Numbered from the stretch's first letter, positions 40,511 through 49,593 are shown. The stretch is DNA of 64,000 nt from an uncultured Phocaeicola sp. (GCA_944321015.1 CALUJS010000006.1:6849-70848), one strand, 5' to 3'. Program-made: numbers and translations. Notes: generated by a model not told the origin, from the sequence alone.

Positions 40511-40780
40511 ATGGCAAACAAAAGAACATTAAAGAAAACCGTAAACTACATAGCCGGAGAGCTGTTTACCGAGTGTGTTGTGCTGAAAGAGTTTATGCCC
40601 AATATAGACAATGGGAAAGTTGATGAACTGATGGCCAAGGTCTTGTATCTGCAAAATGAGTTTCTCAGCCGCATCAACCATCCGGAACCCGGCAACATCA
40701 AAGGTTCATACAAAAAACTTCGTACCGATCTTGCATCGCAAGTCAATGCACTCGTAACGGAAATCAGCGAGCTACATTAA
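40511..40780 (+). CDS. Small hypothetical protein (89 aa)
   Basis: A clean ORF starting MANKRTLKKTVNYIAGELFTECVVLKEF. It is predicted helical and has no recognisable motif. Coding status is inferred only from ORF length and composition. Confidence 0.45.
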   Translation: MANKRTLKKTVNYIAGELFTECVVLKEFMPNIDNGKVDELMAKVLYLQNEFLSRINHPEPGNIKGSYKKLRTDLASQVNALVTEISELH

Positions 40781-40808
40781 TTCATGTTAAAAGGAAAAGA
40801 ATAAGTTT

Positions 40809-41369
40809 ATGCTTATGCGCGAAGCTATCTGCAGTTTTATTTACCATAAGTTATTAGGATGGAAACATCGGGTTTCCATACCCGACTATGACAAATATGT
40901 TATCTGCGCAGCTCCGCATACATCTAACTGGGACCTGATTATCGGGAAACTTTTCTATGGAGCCATTGGAAGAAAGACCCTTTTCATGATGAAAAAAGAA
41001 TGGTTTTTCGAGCCATTGGGAACCTTTTTTAGGGCAATGGGCGGTATCCCGGTAGATAGAGATAAGAAGAGTTCGCTTGTGGACCAAATGGTAGAATTGG
41101 CCCATGAGCGAACCATCTTTCATCTAGCCATCACTCCGGAAGGTACCCGTTCGGCCAATGGCGAATGGAAACGTGGATTTTATTATATCGCACTGAAAGC
41201 ACAAATACCTATTCTGTTGGCAGGCATAGACTATGGCACAAAGAGCATCATCATAGAAAAGGAAATATACCCTTCGGGAGATATTGAGGAAGATATGCGC
41301 ACCATTAAACTTTACTTTAAAAACTTCAAAGGCAAACATCCGGATAGATTCACTATCGGAACTATCTAA
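40809..41369 (+). CDS. 1-acyl-sn-glycerol-3-phosphate acyltransferase family protein (PlsC-like)
   Basis: 186 aa with the acyltransferase HX4D motif 'APHTSNWD' and 'ITPEGTRS' (block III). Confidence 0.75.
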   Translation: MLMREAICSFIYHKLLGWKHRVSIPDYDKYVICAAPHTSNWDLIIGKLFYGAIGRKTLFMMKKEWFFEPLGTFFRAMGGIPVDRDKKSSLVDQMVELAHERTIFHLAITPEGTRSANGEWKRGFYYIALKAQIPILLAGIDYGTKSIIIEKEIYPSGDIEEDMRTIKLYFKNFKGKHPDRFTIGTI

Positions 41370-41377
41370 CACTACAT

Positions 41378-44254
41378 ATGAAGCAGCGTTGCACTTTGCT
41401 CCTTGCCTTAATGTGGATTACCCTGACCGCCGGAGCACAAGGACTAGAAAAGACCGTGGGCGAACGGTTGGCCCAATTCTTCAGAGACTACACAACATCA
41501 CTGGCCGACATAGGACAAACTTCACTAGACTCATTCCGTATTGATAACCACAAACGCGCCTTATCTATCTATCCGGATAAACGTTTCGGATACCAACCGT
41601 TCACTCCGGAAAATGTCAAAGCGATATACCGCACCGTCAAACAATCACTCCCCGGCCCAGTGAATTACTATGACATAAGCATCTATGCCGACGGGAAACT
41701 TATCGAAGAACTGGTACCCAATGAACTCCGGTCACGAAAAGACCGGGATAACTCCCGACGCTGGAAGAACATCGGATACAACGGCTCCCCGTGGGTAAAC
41801 AACGAATCGCGTCCATACGACATTACGCGCGGGCTGAATGGACGACACATCGCCCTGTGGCAAAGTCATGGCCGCTATTACAAAAGCGACATCGGCCAAT
41901 GGACATGGCAACGCCCACGCTTGTTCTGCACCACCGAAGATCTCTTCACTCAATCGGTCGTGGTACCATATCTGATTCCCATGCTGGAAAATGCCGGCGC
42001 CGTAGTTTTTACGCCACGCGAACGTGACTGGCAACCACATGAAGCCATAGTCGACAACGACACGCCACAGGCGAACGGCTCCATCTATTACGAAGACAAC
42101 AACCGGCGTTCACCTTGGCAAACAACATCCAATACAGGATTCGCATACCGACGCGCCACATATCTCGACGGACAGAATCCTTTCACCGAAGGGACTGCGC
42201 GCATGGCGCCAACTTCCCGGAAAAAACGTGCACGCACCTTTGCCGAATGGATACCCAACATTCCCGAGAGCGGACGCTATGCGGTATACGTATCTTATCA
42301 GACTCTCCCCCAAAGCATCACCGATGCACAATATCTTGTATTCCACAAAGGAGGAGTTACACGCTTCTCTGTCAACCAACGGATAGGGGGAGGCACATGG
42401 GTCTACCTCGGAACATTCGAGTTTGACCGTGGTAGCAATGACTACGGCATGGTGGTGCTGACCAACGAAAGCAACCAACGCGGCGTGGTGTGTGCCGACG
42501 GAGTCCGATTTGGCGGAGGAATGGGCAATGTCGCACGCGGACGCACTCCTGAGACTGCACGCACCAGTGGCCTGCCCCGCTATCTGGAAGGAGCACGTTA
42601 TCAGGCGCAATGGAGCGGCATGCCTTACGAGGTCTATGCCGGAAAGACCGACTACCCCGATGACATCAACACCCGTTCGCGCATGGTGAACTATCTGTCC
42701 GGAGGTTCGCCCTACAATCCACGACAAAGAGGACTGGGAGTACCCTTTGACCTCTGTCTGGCTTTGCACAGCGATGCCGGATATTCTCCGCGTGACAGTC
42801 TCATCGGCTCGTTGGGCATCTACACCACCCACTTCAACGAGGAGAAACTGGCTGCAGGCGGCTCACGTTATGCCTCACGCGATTTGACCCAGACGATACT
42901 TACCGGATTGAAACGTGATTTGGAGGCAACTTTTCAGTTGTATTGGCCGATACGTGCCATGTGGAACCGAAATTACAGCGAGACACGCCTGCCCGCCGTG
43001 CCGTCCATGATACTCGAAATGCTCTCCCATCAGAACTTTGCCGACATGCGCTTGGGACATGACCCGAAATTCCGTTTTGCCCTGGCCCGCTCTGTTTACA
43101 AATCAGTATTGCGTTTTGAGTCCTCCATGCATGGTACCGATTACGAGGTGCAGCCTCTTCCTGTCACCCATTTCGCCATTGCTTTCACCGGACGTAAGAA
43201 TACGGTGCGTCTCAGCTGGCAACCGGCTTCCGATCCTTTGGAGCCTACTGCCACTCCGCGCCAATATGTGGTCTACACACGCATCGGTCGCGGCGGGTTC
43301 GATAACGGACGTGTGGTAAATGGCACTTCATGTACACAGAAGTTGGAACCCGGAATAGTCTACAGTTTCAAAGTCACGGCATTGAACCGAGGCGGAGAAA
43401 GCTTCCCTTCCGAAATACTTTCAGCCTGTCGTGCCCGCCACAGCCGGGCCGACCTGCTTGTAGTGAATGCGTTCGACCGTGTCGGAGGGCCTGCTACCCT
43501 TGAGACACACCGATTGCAAGGTTTCGACTTGACCGTCGACCCCGGCATGCCCCATCTGAACACTCCGGCCCTATGCGGCCGCCAACTGACTTTCGACCGC
43601 GAAGGTATCGGACGCGAAACATCCGACGGTCTGGGTTACAGCGGCAGCGAGTTGGAGGGCATGCTCATTGCCGGCAATACCTATGACTATCCGTTCATCC
43701 ACGGCAAAGCCATACAGGCTGCCGGTCATTACTCATTCACGTCGTGTAGTGATGAAGCCGTAGAAGATGGCCTTGTCAAGCTCAGTTCATATCCTGCCGT
43801 CGATATCATTCTCGGAGCAGAAAACACATCGCTCTCTCCCACCCTGACACAAGCCCTTACGACCTATTGCCAACAAGGAGGGCGGCTCGTGATGAGCGGC
43901 ATGGCACTCGACCGCATCGCATCCGCTACATTTGCCTCTGTCTTGGGCTTCCGCGCCACGGGAAATCTGCTTCACGACCCTGCCGATGCTGAAGTCTTTG
44001 GCACGAACCTACGGTTCGCCATCCCGCGCACGCCAAACGAAAACGTCTACTCCCTGCCCTCCCCGGCTTGTATCGAGCCATTGGGCGCATCCATTCAAAG
44101 CTTTGTTTACACAGGAACCAGTCATGGTGCCGGAACCGCCTGCCACACCCCTTCATGCCGCACCTTCATCCTTGGTTTCCCTCTGGAGTGCGTCACCGAC
44201 GAGTCGGCCCGTGCCCACATCATGGCCGCTGCGTTGCAATATCTGTTCCAATAA
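41378..44254 (+). CDS. Secreted multidomain protein: split Amidase_3-like fold with an inserted golvesin-C-like domain, an FN3 domain and an uncharacterised C-terminal domain (relatives are often auto-annotated 'xanthan lyase')
   Basis: 958 aa with the signal peptide MKQRCTLLLALMWITLTAGAQG. The amidase-like blocks are 'IALWQSHGRYY' and 'LALHSDAG...PSMILEMLSHQN'. The insert reads 'RYAVYVSYQTLPQ...GGTWVYLGTFEF'. The FN3-like block is 'RLSWQPASDP...YSFKVTALNRGGES'. All domain calls are from recall. Confidence 0.55.
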   Translation: MKQRCTLLLALMWITLTAGAQGLEKTVGERLAQFFRDYTTSLADIGQTSLDSFRIDNHKRALSIYPDKRFGYQPFTPENVKAIYRTVKQSLPGPVNYYDISIYADGKLIEELVPNELRSRKDRDNSRRWKNIGYNGSPWVNNESRPYDITRGLNGRHIALWQSHGRYYKSDIGQWTWQRPRLFCTTEDLFTQSVVVPYLIPMLENAGAVVFTPRERDWQPHEAIVDNDTPQANGSIYYEDNNRRSPWQTTSNTGFAYRRATYLDGQNPFTEGTARMAPTSRKKRARTFAEWIPNIPESGRYAVYVSYQTLPQSITDAQYLVFHKGGVTRFSVNQRIGGGTWVYLGTFEFDRGSNDYGMVVLTNESNQRGVVCADGVRFGGGMGNVARGRTPETARTSGLPRYLEGARYQAQWSGMPYEVYAGKTDYPDDINTRSRMVNYLSGGSPYNPRQRGLGVPFDLCLALHSDAGYSPRDSLIGSLGIYTTHFNEEKLAAGGSRYASRDLTQTILTGLKRDLEATFQLYWPIRAMWNRNYSETRLPAVPSMILEMLSHQNFADMRLGHDPKFRFALARSVYKSVLRFESSMHGTDYEVQPLPVTHFAIAFTGRKNTVRLSWQPASDPLEPTATPRQYVVYTRIGRGGFDNGRVVNGTSCTQKLEPGIVYSFKVTALNRGGESFPSEILSACRARHSRADLLVVNAFDRVGGPATLETHRLQGFDLTVDPGMPHLNTPALCGRQLTFDREGIGRETSDGLGYSGSELEGMLIAGNTYDYPFIHGKAIQAAGHYSFTSCSDEAVEDGLVKLSSYPAVDIILGAENTSLSPTLTQALTTYCQQGGRLVMSGMALDRIASATFASVLGFRATGNLLHDPADAEVFGTNLRFAIPRTPNENVYSLPSPACIEPLGASIQSFVYTGTSHGAGTACHTPSCRTFILGFPLECVTDESARAHIMAAALQYLFQ

Positions 44255-44258
44255 ACAT

Positions 44259-44310
44259 ATCTGTCCATATTTCTGCTTGCAAGCGGCTATATGGACAGAT
44301 AAATAAACAA
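44259..44310. repeat. 22-bp-phased ATAT array, locus R6 (2 units; forms a perfect 12-bp inverted repeat)
   Basis: ATCTGTCCATAT (44259-44270) pairs with ATATGGACAGAT (44289-44300). ATAT cores at 44267 and 44289 are 22 bp apart, and the unit atatttctgcttgcaagcggct fits the family. It starts 5 nt after the stop of the 958-aa gene, at the left edge of the AT-rich islet. Confidence 0.65.
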
Positions 44311-44388
44311 TGGTTTTCGGAGTATAGACTATCTCTTTTCTTTAGGGACATTTATTAAAAAGCTCTGATTACTCACATATTTACTTTT

Positions 44389-45171
44389 TTATTCTTTGCC
44401 AATAGATTTTTGCTCCTCCGTATCTCTATATTTCAATATTGATTTCCAATTTTCAACTTTCTTTTCTAATGTTTTTGCATTTGTATTACTCGTTGACTCT
44501 GCAGCTACAGAATCGATTTCTAATTTCATATTCTCAATATAAGAAAATGCCTCTTTGCCATTGCAAACAATTAAATGAATGTTAGGATATTGTTTCAGTA
44601 AATTCTCAATATCATTCAAATCTTCATTTGTAATATTAGCATCGGAACTTCCTTCACGTTCACAACTAGATAATACATCCCACAAAGCAATATGATGTTC
44701 TTTTAAACATTCTTCTTTTTCTTTATAATCATTAAATCCTTTATTGCCATGAAACAAGCAAGCTATAATCTTCCAAAAGCTATTTCTTGAGGAGGCATAA
44801 TATTCACCTTTCTGCAATGATTCCTCCCCCGGCATTGTACCCAATATTAAGATCTCCGAGTTTTCATCAATCAACGGCGGCAATGACTCTTTTAGTCGAG
44901 ATGCAACTTGTGTCTGCATCAACGTTGTGTCATCATTTTTCTCTTTTACAATTTCACCTTTCAGTATTCTTATTTTCTTAGACTCAATTAATTTGTCAAA
45001 CTTCTCAATCGTCATATCGGTGATATGAAAATCGTCTCTACCATAAAAACCGATCGCACGCATTTCGTCACGAATTTGTTTTTGCTCGCTTCTGAACGCG
45101 TTACATCTTTTAATAATAAGTTTTCTCAACAGAGCTATTTCAGCCTCTGTAAATACATTTTTTCCTTTCAT
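44389..45171 (-). CDS. UDG-superfamily family-6-like DNA-deoxyinosine (hypoxanthine) glycosylase with a ~95-aa N-terminal extension
   Basis: 260 aa. The C-terminal ~165 aa carry 'ILILGTMPGEESLQKGEYYASSRNSFWKII', matching my memory of HDG-type glycosylases (G-x-x-P-G/S ... YY...N.FW). The N-terminal segment 'MKGKNVFTEAEIALLRKLIIKRCNAFRSEQKQIRDEMRAIGFYG...' matches no family I recognise. Confidence 0.6.
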   Translation of the reverse strand: MKGKNVFTEAEIALLRKLIIKRCNAFRSEQKQIRDEMRAIGFYGRDDFHITDMTIEKFDKLIESKKIRILKGEIVKEKNDDTTLMQTQVASRLKESLPPLIDENSEILILGTMPGEESLQKGEYYASSRNSFWKIIACLFHGNKGFNDYKEKEECLKEHHIALWDVLSSCEREGSSDANITNEDLNDIENLLKQYPNIHLIVCNGKEAFSYIENMKLEIDSVAAESTSNTNAKTLEKKVENWKSILKYRDTEEQKSIGKE

Positions 45172-45186
45172 GATAATGTCTTTTTA

Positions 45187-46911
45187 TTAATAGTCTTGTA
45201 CAATTGTCTTATCTATTAAAAATAAATCATTCCCCACACATCTAATGTCATAACTATAACCATCAGCCATATAAAGATTAGGATAGCCCTCGCGTTTTTT
45301 GAATCCTAATTCTTTTTCAAAATATTCCTGTATAGCTATACCTATTCTTGGATCATCCTTTTTCAATGGCAACAAATCAGTATTAAGTTTTATGTGTATA
45401 GTACAAACAGAATACCACTCAGGTAACAAAATAACCTCATAATCAGCATATACTCCATTTATACCTTTTTCTACACCTAGCGAAATCCATCCTCTCAAAT
45501 CTTTAATATTTTTCATACGAATTATTTCCTCTGCTTTTTGTCCTATACGCGCTTTTCCAAATCCATCTTTCGTTATCTTGTTTAAGATAGAACCTACTAT
45601 TTTATGTTCATCAACATAAGAGGCTAGCACTCCACCCGACTTATAACATTCCTTAAGAGATTGTAGACTACTAGTTAAGAACTCATAAACCAATGGGTAC
45701 CCCGGTACTGATGTATAAGAGGGAATTACGATTTGGGCATATGTATCATTATTAATTGGTACTCCATTCTTATCAGCAAAATAGCATTTGTTGTCCTCAC
45801 AAATTACTATATTATTATACAAAGGGAAAAATCCTAATAAATTTTCAATACGATAAAGTTCCTCTCCTTTTTTATTTAGAGTTGAAACATTTATTCTATT
45901 ATTGCCATCATCTAGAGTTGACACAATATTCCCAACATAAGTTATATTATCCATCATTCCTAAAGCACATTGATATTGGGCGTTTCCAATGAGTTTTCCA
46001 TTCAAATCTATCTGCCTCCAAACATATTTATCATTTTGAAACATCGCTACAGAATCTACAAAAGGTGAAATGCTAAGAACTTCGGGCAATCTTTGTATTC
46101 TTTCTCCTTTTTCATTGCAAATAAAATTATCAAGAACACAATAATTATTGGCAATAATAGGTTTTAACATCATACTTGAACTCGGAGCATCTCCACTAAC
46201 TTCAAAAAGCTCTTTCCCATTTGTATCTATGGCAACATAGACTTTTCTATCTTCTCTATAAACTATAGCTTTTCCGTCATGAAAGGGATTTACTCTGTCA
46301 TAAATAGGTTCTATAACTACATGACCATTTGTATCTATAAATCCATATTTAGTATTTTCCAACATAAACCAAGCTCGTTTATCTGAAAAGAAAGGGCTTA
46401 CTAAAATAATTTCTTTTCCGTTATAAGGATTTAACCAAAAAGCAGTATCTCCCGTAGCAGTCAAATAATGCACACGCCCCTCCAATGATGCTACCGGAAG
46501 AAGTCCTTCACTAAATAGACCTCCAGCGACATAACCTTCAGGATCACCTAATTGTTTTGGTTCTTCTGACGCTATAAAATATTTGTAAACATCTATTCCT
46601 TCTTGAGAATTATATTCTCGAATTCGAAAAACTCCATTCACTGCATATGATGGTCTTTCTGTAAATTTATCCTCAAATAGTACTTTCCCATCTACTCCTA
46701 TTAATCCCCATTTCCCATCTTTTTCTGTTTGAAACGCTAAATGGGTAATTTTAGGGAAGGTATCATCTTTATTATCACCATTACAACTCGTCATAAACAT
46801 AGCGACGATGCCAATAATGGTAACTTTAAAAATCATCCATCCATGTTGCTTGTCTCTGTTTCTTTTTAATACAAAGCTATTCCAATTCATACTGATAACA
46901 TTTTCTCGCAT
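45187..46911 (-). CDS. WG-repeat (KWG-like) lipoprotein
   Basis: 574 aa with a TM/lipobox 'IIGIVAMFMTSC'. WG-type repeats include 'DGKWGLIGVDGKVLFEDKF' and 'KYGFIDTNGHVVIEPIYDRVNPFHDGKAIVY'. The start codon is ambiguous: several Met residues precede the TM segment. Confidence 0.65.
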   Translation of the reverse strand: MRENVISMNWNSFVLKRNRDKQHGWMIFKVTIIGIVAMFMTSCNGDNKDDTFPKITHLAFQTEKDGKWGLIGVDGKVLFEDKFTERPSYAVNGVFRIREYNSQEGIDVYKYFIASEEPKQLGDPEGYVAGGLFSEGLLPVASLEGRVHYLTATGDTAFWLNPYNGKEIILVSPFFSDKRAWFMLENTKYGFIDTNGHVVIEPIYDRVNPFHDGKAIVYREDRKVYVAIDTNGKELFEVSGDAPSSSMMLKPIIANNYCVLDNFICNEKGERIQRLPEVLSISPFVDSVAMFQNDKYVWRQIDLNGKLIGNAQYQCALGMMDNITYVGNIVSTLDDGNNRINVSTLNKKGEELYRIENLLGFFPLYNNIVICEDNKCYFADKNGVPINNDTYAQIVIPSYTSVPGYPLVYEFLTSSLQSLKECYKSGGVLASYVDEHKIVGSILNKITKDGFGKARIGQKAEEIIRMKNIKDLRGWISLGVEKGINGVYADYEVILLPEWYSVCTIHIKLNTDLLPLKKDDPRIGIAIQEYFEKELGFKKREGYPNLYMADGYSYDIRCVGNDLFLIDKTIVQDY

Positions 46912-47245
46912 CCCGACTCCCCGAGAATGAGGTTTACAAAAAAGAAAGTGTGGGAGTCATATCATCTATCTTGTCAGAGGCTCTGGTAAACCCGAATGTA
47001 AATAGACAATATCCCCACACTTGTAGCGTATATGGCTTGAATAAGCATATACAGACACAAGTGATGAGCGCGATTGCCATACCTTACATTCATGTTAAGT
47101 TTACCAGACTTTCTGACAAAGGTAAAAGCTACACTTTCATCAATCAAAAAATATGTATGTCACAGCCGGACTTCACCAGCGGACTTGACAAAGATACGAA
47201 CTTTTAATTGATGAGCAAACTCATAGAGGGGATATTGCTATATTT

Positions 47246-47707
47246 TTAGTCTGCTATAAAGTCGTAAAGATCGGGGTCTTCGTGCATCAGGTCGTATTCC
47301 GTGGGATCGATGTCCCAGATGTTGACATCTGTTTCACCTTCGAGCGTCAGGTTACGGCGGTGCAGCGGGTCGAGCTCGTTGCGTTTGGGGGCCGGAATGC
47401 GCTTTGCTTTCCCCTGGCTGACAAGGGCCTGACATTGCTTCAGGGTCAGCGGTTTGGCGGATAGAATTTCATAATACTCCACCGTTTTCTTCGGATGTCC
47501 GGCCTTCGACTTTTCTACCGGATGGCGCTTGGCTTTGTCCTGCTTGACTTGGGGAACAGTTTTCACCTCGAGCACATAGCGATATTGACGCTGGGCGGCA
47601 AGCAGAACAGGGCACAGAAGCAGCAATGCGAACAGGCATCTGCGCCAACAGATTGCGTTTATTTTCATGGTTGTCATCGTTTGTATGGTTAAAATTGTTG
47701 ATTTCAT
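47246..47707 (-). CDS. Hypothetical secreted basic protein (153 aa, or 140 aa from the alternative start)
   Basis: It has a signal-like segment 'MKINAICWRRCLFALLLLCPVLLAAQ' (alternative ATG at 47668), a K-rich centre and an acidic C-terminus. No known domain was recognised. Confidence 0.45.
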   Translation of the reverse strand: MKSTILTIQTMTTMKINAICWRRCLFALLLLCPVLLAAQRQYRYVLEVKTVPQVKQDKAKRHPVEKSKAGHPKKTVEYYEILSAKPLTLKQCQALVSQGKAKRIPAPKRNELDPLHRRNLTLEGETDVNIWDIDPTEYDLMHEDPDLYDFIAD

Positions 47708-47794
47708 TGCAATGTCATCTGCTTTTGCTTTTTACGTTGATGTTGCAAATATAGAGGGACAAAGCGACAAAACATGTCGTTCGGCAAAAAATCT

Positions 47795-47888
47795 TCAGAG
47801 ATATGTTCGGGCGCAAGCGCCCATATGCTCAGTCGTGAGCGGACATATGTTCGCTCGTGCGCGTCCATATCCACAGGCAACGGGCAAA
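47795..47888. repeat. 22-bp-phased ATAT/CGCTC-GAGCG array, locus R4 (4 units)
   Basis: ATAT cores at 47801, 47823, 47845 and 47867, exactly 22 bp apart. The units are atatgttcgggcgcaagcgccc, atatgctcagtcgtgagcggac, atatgttcgctcgtgcgcgtcc and atatccacaggcaacgggcaaa. It lies just 3' of the symporter gene. Confidence 0.85.
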
Positions 47889-47983
47889 AAAACAGGCTTT
47901 GAACCGGTCACCGCTTACACACGTAAGCCGATAAACCGACTCAAAGCCCGAAATGACCCAACGGATTTAGGCCGAATGCCCTA

Positions 47984-49555
47984 TCAATGTCCGTTGAAGA
48001 ATGTGTAAAGTGCTATCATCACGAGAATCAGCAATACCCACAAAATGACTACCGATGAAGCAGGTTTTTCCAACTGCCCGTAATCCAAAGCATTTCCCTG
48101 CGGCCGTTTGTCCAGCAGGCTGATGATTGTCATACCGATGCAGATGGCAACAAACAAATCAAATGAAAGCATCATGAAATGCGGCCAGATGCCTGCATAT
48201 TGTTCAGGCGGGAACACCCACAAATACAGAATGCCGACCAGAATGCTGAATGCCGTGCCAAATGTCAAGGCAAAATTGGCAGCACGCGTGGTAGCACGCT
48301 TCCAGAATACGCCAAATAGGAATACGGCCGACATGGGAGGAGCGATGAAGCCCAACACGGACTGGAACACATTGAATAGGTTGAGTCCCTTGATGCTGTC
48401 AATGGCGATGCATATCACGATGGAAATGATGGCGCCGACCACCGTCACAAGACGTCCCACGCGGATGATTTCTTTCTCTGACGCAGCCGGATTATATTTC
48501 TTCAGATAAATGTCTATGGTAAACACGGTGCTCAACGCATTCAGTGCCGAACCTACGGTGCTGACCAAAGCTGCCGTCAGCACAGCCATGACCAGACCGA
48601 CCATACCGACGGGGAACAAATTGGTCACCAATGTCATATAGGCCTCATCGGGATTCTGCAACGTGGGGAACAAAGCAAAGCAGATGATACCGGGAATGAT
48701 GTACAAAGGCACATCCAGAATTTTCAGCCATCCCGTAAAGTTCGCGCCAAGCTGTCCCTGCTTCAGGCTTTTGGCCGCAAGCACAGGCTGCACCATGGAC
48801 TGGTCGGTACACCAGAACCACACACCCATGACCGGATAGCCCAACAAGATGGGCAACCATGGGAATTCCGGGTCGTCATTGGGACGGAACAGGTTCCAAT
48901 AATCGGCAGGCACAGCGGCAGTCAGCCCTTCAACGCCTCCGACTTTCACCAAACCGGCCACGGTCAATACAGCCGACACGACGATGAGCAGTGCCATCTG
49001 GAATACATTGGTATAGGCCACGGCCTTCAAACCGCCGGCTATCGTGAAGAAAGCCGATATAAGCAGCAGAATCAATGCCGACTGCCACATCGGGATGTCA
49101 AAGATTTGACGAATCAGAATGCCGCCGGCAAAAAGCGTCAACGCCAACCATGAAATCAGAATCGTCACAATGGTGTACCAAGCCAGAATGTTACGCGTGG
49201 ACTGGCCGAAACGGCGTCCCATGAACTCCGGTAGCGTGGTCACCTTGGCACCCAAATAACGGGGCGCAAAGACAAATGCCAGCAAGCAAATGAAAACAAA
49301 TGCATACCATGCATAATTACCGGATACCACACCCGTGGTAAATCCGGCACTGGCAGAAGCAATCAACATGGACGGCCCCACATTGGTGCCCCACATGGAA
49401 AAGCCGATGTGATGCCAGCTCAACGAATGTTCAGCCATGAACAGGCTGCTTCCCTTCTTACGTTTCAGACTGGCCCATATGCCGATGGCCAACAATATGA
49501 TGAAATAAACGGCTAATATGCCCCAGTCCAAAGGTTCCAAAAATTTTGCGCTCAT
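47984..49555 (-). CDS. Sodium:solute symporter family (SSS/SGLT-like) transporter
   Basis: 523 aa and polytopic, with about 13-14 hydrophobic segments by eye. SSS-like features include 'HSLSWHHIGFSMWGTNVGPSMLIASASAG' and 'TLPEFMGRRFG'. Confidence 0.8.
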   Translation of the reverse strand: MSAKFLEPLDWGILAVYFIILLAIGIWASLKRKKGSSLFMAEHSLSWHHIGFSMWGTNVGPSMLIASASAGFTTGVVSGNYAWYAFVFICLLAFVFAPRYLGAKVTTLPEFMGRRFGQSTRNILAWYTIVTILISWLALTLFAGGILIRQIFDIPMWQSALILLLISAFFTIAGGLKAVAYTNVFQMALLIVVSAVLTVAGLVKVGGVEGLTAAVPADYWNLFRPNDDPEFPWLPILLGYPVMGVWFWCTDQSMVQPVLAAKSLKQGQLGANFTGWLKILDVPLYIIPGIICFALFPTLQNPDEAYMTLVTNLFPVGMVGLVMAVLTAALVSTVGSALNALSTVFTIDIYLKKYNPAASEKEIIRVGRLVTVVGAIISIVICIAIDSIKGLNLFNVFQSVLGFIAPPMSAVFLFGVFWKRATTRAANFALTFGTAFSILVGILYLWVFPPEQYAGIWPHFMMLSFDLFVAICIGMTIISLLDKRPQGNALDYGQLEKPASSVVILWVLLILVMIALYTFFNGH

Positions 49556-49593
49556 ATTTATATCAGATATTAAGGTTTGCTATTACAAAATGA

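Noticed and set aside
46950-47207. 85-aa + strand ORF in the non-coding right part of the islet
   Set aside because: It has no start context, odd composition and no motif, so it is more likely non-coding.
44255-47245. Classifying the AT-rich islet as a mobile genetic element
   Set aside because: I could identify no integrase, transposase, tRNA target or flanking direct repeats. It is reported only as a compositional islet.
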